Part shown: in pieces, positions 61,720 through 64,000 of the stretch
How the letters are laid out: every line of letters begins with the position of its first letter
How positions within the stretch are numbered: the stretch's first letter is position 1
Source of the DNA: Sphyrna mokarran
Lineage: Eukaryota
Length of the DNA: 64,000 nucleotides
Assembly (NCBI GenBank): GCA_024679065.1
Contig: JAGIQG010000014.1
Location: 25,420,001 to 25,484,000 of the forward strand
Direction: 5' to 3'
Notes under the pieces: model-generated
Database searches by the model: none
The model's input: the letters and a program-made list of their open reading frames with translations, nothing else
What the model was told of the DNA's origin: nothing
Made by a program: the position numbers and the translations under genes

Positions 61720-62456
61720 CTGAAAATAGAAGGGGGGGGGAAAAGGTAATTAATTTCCATTATATTTCACCACATTAAAACAACATGGCCTTTCACAGCT
61801 CTGATTAAAGCTAGTTGCAAGGAATTTCTTACATATTTCTCTAATCCAGTTTTTGCGCTCATTTAATATTACTCATTAGGTTTATTCCACAGCCAGGCTT
61901 CTCAAAATATTTCCTTTTGTGTTTTTCCCATATTTGTGATTGGGCTGAGGATTAAATGTATAAATAATTGGTATTAGACTGACTGGTGGGAAAACTTGAG
62001 TTCATCTGCTTTGAAAGAAGATGTAGATTGATAGTCCTTACAGAGCTATAAGCTGGTTTAAACAAACAAGGTCAGGACATTAGGAAATAATTTGTGTAAA
62101 GTTTAATGCCTGAATTGACTTTTGAGCTTGGATTTGGGGGAGTGATCTGGATTAATTCGGCAGATTGTTCAAACTGAATTAAGAAATCAGTAGATTTCTA
62201 TGTTTGCCACAGATTGGCTGAGCAGCCTCTTGCATTATGAAATTTGTCTATGAAATTTGATATATCCTGGGTAAATTAAACTTACAAACATAGTATATAT
62301 TTCAAAGCAAGAAAACATTTTATTATGTAATTTGAGAAAATCAAACACAACATTGTTGATAAATGTTCAATTAAATGAATGGTATCCTTGAAGTTCGCAT
62401 AGTTAATCCATCTGTACCAGCTCTACCCCATTGGCTCTGTCTCAGTCCATCTGTAA

Positions 62457-62685
62457 AAAGTCTCACAACACCAGGTTAAAGTCCAACAGGTTTATTTGGT
62501 AGCAAAAGCCACCAGCTTTTGGAACGCTTCTTCCCTTTCATCAGGAGAGTCACCTGACAAAGGGGTAGCAAGCGCTCCAAAAGCTAGTGGATTTTGCTAC
62601 CAGATAAACCTGTTGGACTTTAACCTGGTGGTTGTGAGGCTTCTTACTGTGTTTACCCCAGTCCAACGCCGGCATATCCATATCA
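62457..62685. mobile_element. Palindromic Penelope-like short repeat inserted in a degenerate ~37-bp tandem repeat (62407-62783)
   Basis: Arms caacaccaggttaaagtccaacaggtttat / ataaacctgttggactttaacctggtggttg; flanking tccatctgtaccagct units. Confidence 0.7.
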
Positions 62686-62799
62686 TTCCATCTGTACCAG
62701 CTTCACCCTATTGGCTCTGCCCCTGATCTGTCTGTACCAGCTCACCCCATTGGCTCTGCCCAACTCCATCTGTACCAGCTTGTCATGCCCAATGTTTGG

Positions 62800-63540
62800 T
62801 AGGAAGAATTAAAAATTGGTATATTCCTTAAATGAAGAGAAATTGCTATATAGGGGGATCTGGATGTTCCTAGTACATGAACAACAGAAAGTTAGCATGC
62901 AGGTACAGCAAATGATTAAGAAAGCAAATGGATTGATTTAGTTTATCACAAGGAGAATGTAATATTAAAGGAGGGATGTTTTGCTCCAGTTGTATAAGGT
63001 GTTGTAAAACCGCATCTAGATTATGATGTACAGTTTCAATCTCCTTATTTAAGGAAGGACAAACTTGTACTAGAGACAATTCAGAGAAGGTTCACTTGAT
63101 TGACTCCCGGGATGGAGGAAGTTACCTTCAGAGGAAAGGTTGGAAAGGCTGGGGGTTGGAATTTAGAAGATTGAGGAGTGATCTTCCTGAAATATATAAT
63201 ATCCTGAAGAATCCCGATAGAGTGGATACTGGAAACATCATTCCTCTTGTTGGAGAGACTAGAACAATTGAAAATTAACAGCTCTCCCATTTAAGACAGG
63301 GACGAGGACATTTTTCTCTGAGTGTTGTGAGTATTTGGCACTCTCTTCCTCAAGAGTGGTGGAGGCAAGGTCATTGAATCTAGTCAAATCTGTGTTAGAT
63401 ATGTTTTTGATCTACAGTGGGGTCAAGGGTTATGGGGGATGATGAGGAATGTGGAGTTAGAGCCATAATTAGATCAGCAATGATCTTACTAAATGGCAGA
63501 GCAGGTTTGAGGGGCTAAATGGCCTAGAGCTCTAAAACTT
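62800..63540 (+). mobile_element. Degenerate CR1 LINE 3' fragment
   Basis: LLQLYKVL*NRI..., RRLRSDLPEIYNILK, CR1 3' UTR. Confidence 0.75.
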
Positions 63541-64000
63541 GTGTTGGGATTTATCTCCATCCCATTCCACCTGTACCAGTTCCATCCAGTTGACTCTCCC
63601 CCCAGTCCATCTGTAACAGGTTGATATCATTGACTTTGTTCCATATAAATTAATTCAAAAACATCCATAAGAACATCAAGGCATCCTCAATTACCACAGT
63701 AAAAAAGAAATACCTTATACCAAATATAGTCACCAATATTATTTTTAAAAATTCTTTGATGAGATGTAGACACGATTGGCAAATGCCAACATTTGTTGTC
63801 CGTCCTGAATTGCCATTTCAGAGTGCTGTTAAGAAACAACCACAGTTGCTGAGTTTGGAGTCACGCGTAGGCCAGACCAGGTGAGGGTGGCAGATTTCTT
63901 TCCTTAAAGTTTTTAAAGTTTAGTATCACAAGTAGGCTTACATTAACACCACAATGAAGTTACTGTGAAAATCCTCTAGTCACCACATTCCGGCACCCGT

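Noticed and set aside
62407-63650. AGCT-containing ~37-bp repeats upstream of the C1 exons as a class-switch-like region
   Set aside because: Only a handful of degenerate units, far shorter and less AGCT-dense than real switch regions.

Overview
Eukaryotic, vertebrate genomic DNA. The HE1/V-SINEs, DeuSINE-like elements and CR1 LINEs point to a cartilaginous fish (shark-like). Two host genes are supported. (1) A complete six-exon CYP26-family retinoic acid hydroxylase on + (ATG 6390 to stop 29478; 1506 nt, 501 aa; all introns phase 0, GT-AG). It has the CYP26B1/C1 exon structure but a divergent mix of B1-like and C1-like residues, and a candidate DR5 RARE in its proximal promoter. (2) The 3' part of an immunoglobulin-superfamily membrane receptor on -, with two antibody-constant-like C1-set exons and an uncharged TM exon that lacks the Ig/TCR CART motif; its 5' exons lie beyond the window. 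The rest is transposon-dense. It includes a decayed endogenous retrovirus with foamy/Loki-like RT and only one LTR (CYP26 intron 3), a GalEa-type Copia (intron 5), three Gypsy relics and many CR1 fragments, some young. There are also SINEs, MITEs, palindromic elements with decayed hammerhead-ribozyme cores, a U2-snRNA-headed short element, a ~50-copy 29-bp hairpin minisatellite and a 133-N assembly gap. Exon boundaries were read by hand from splice sites; repeat boundaries are approximate.
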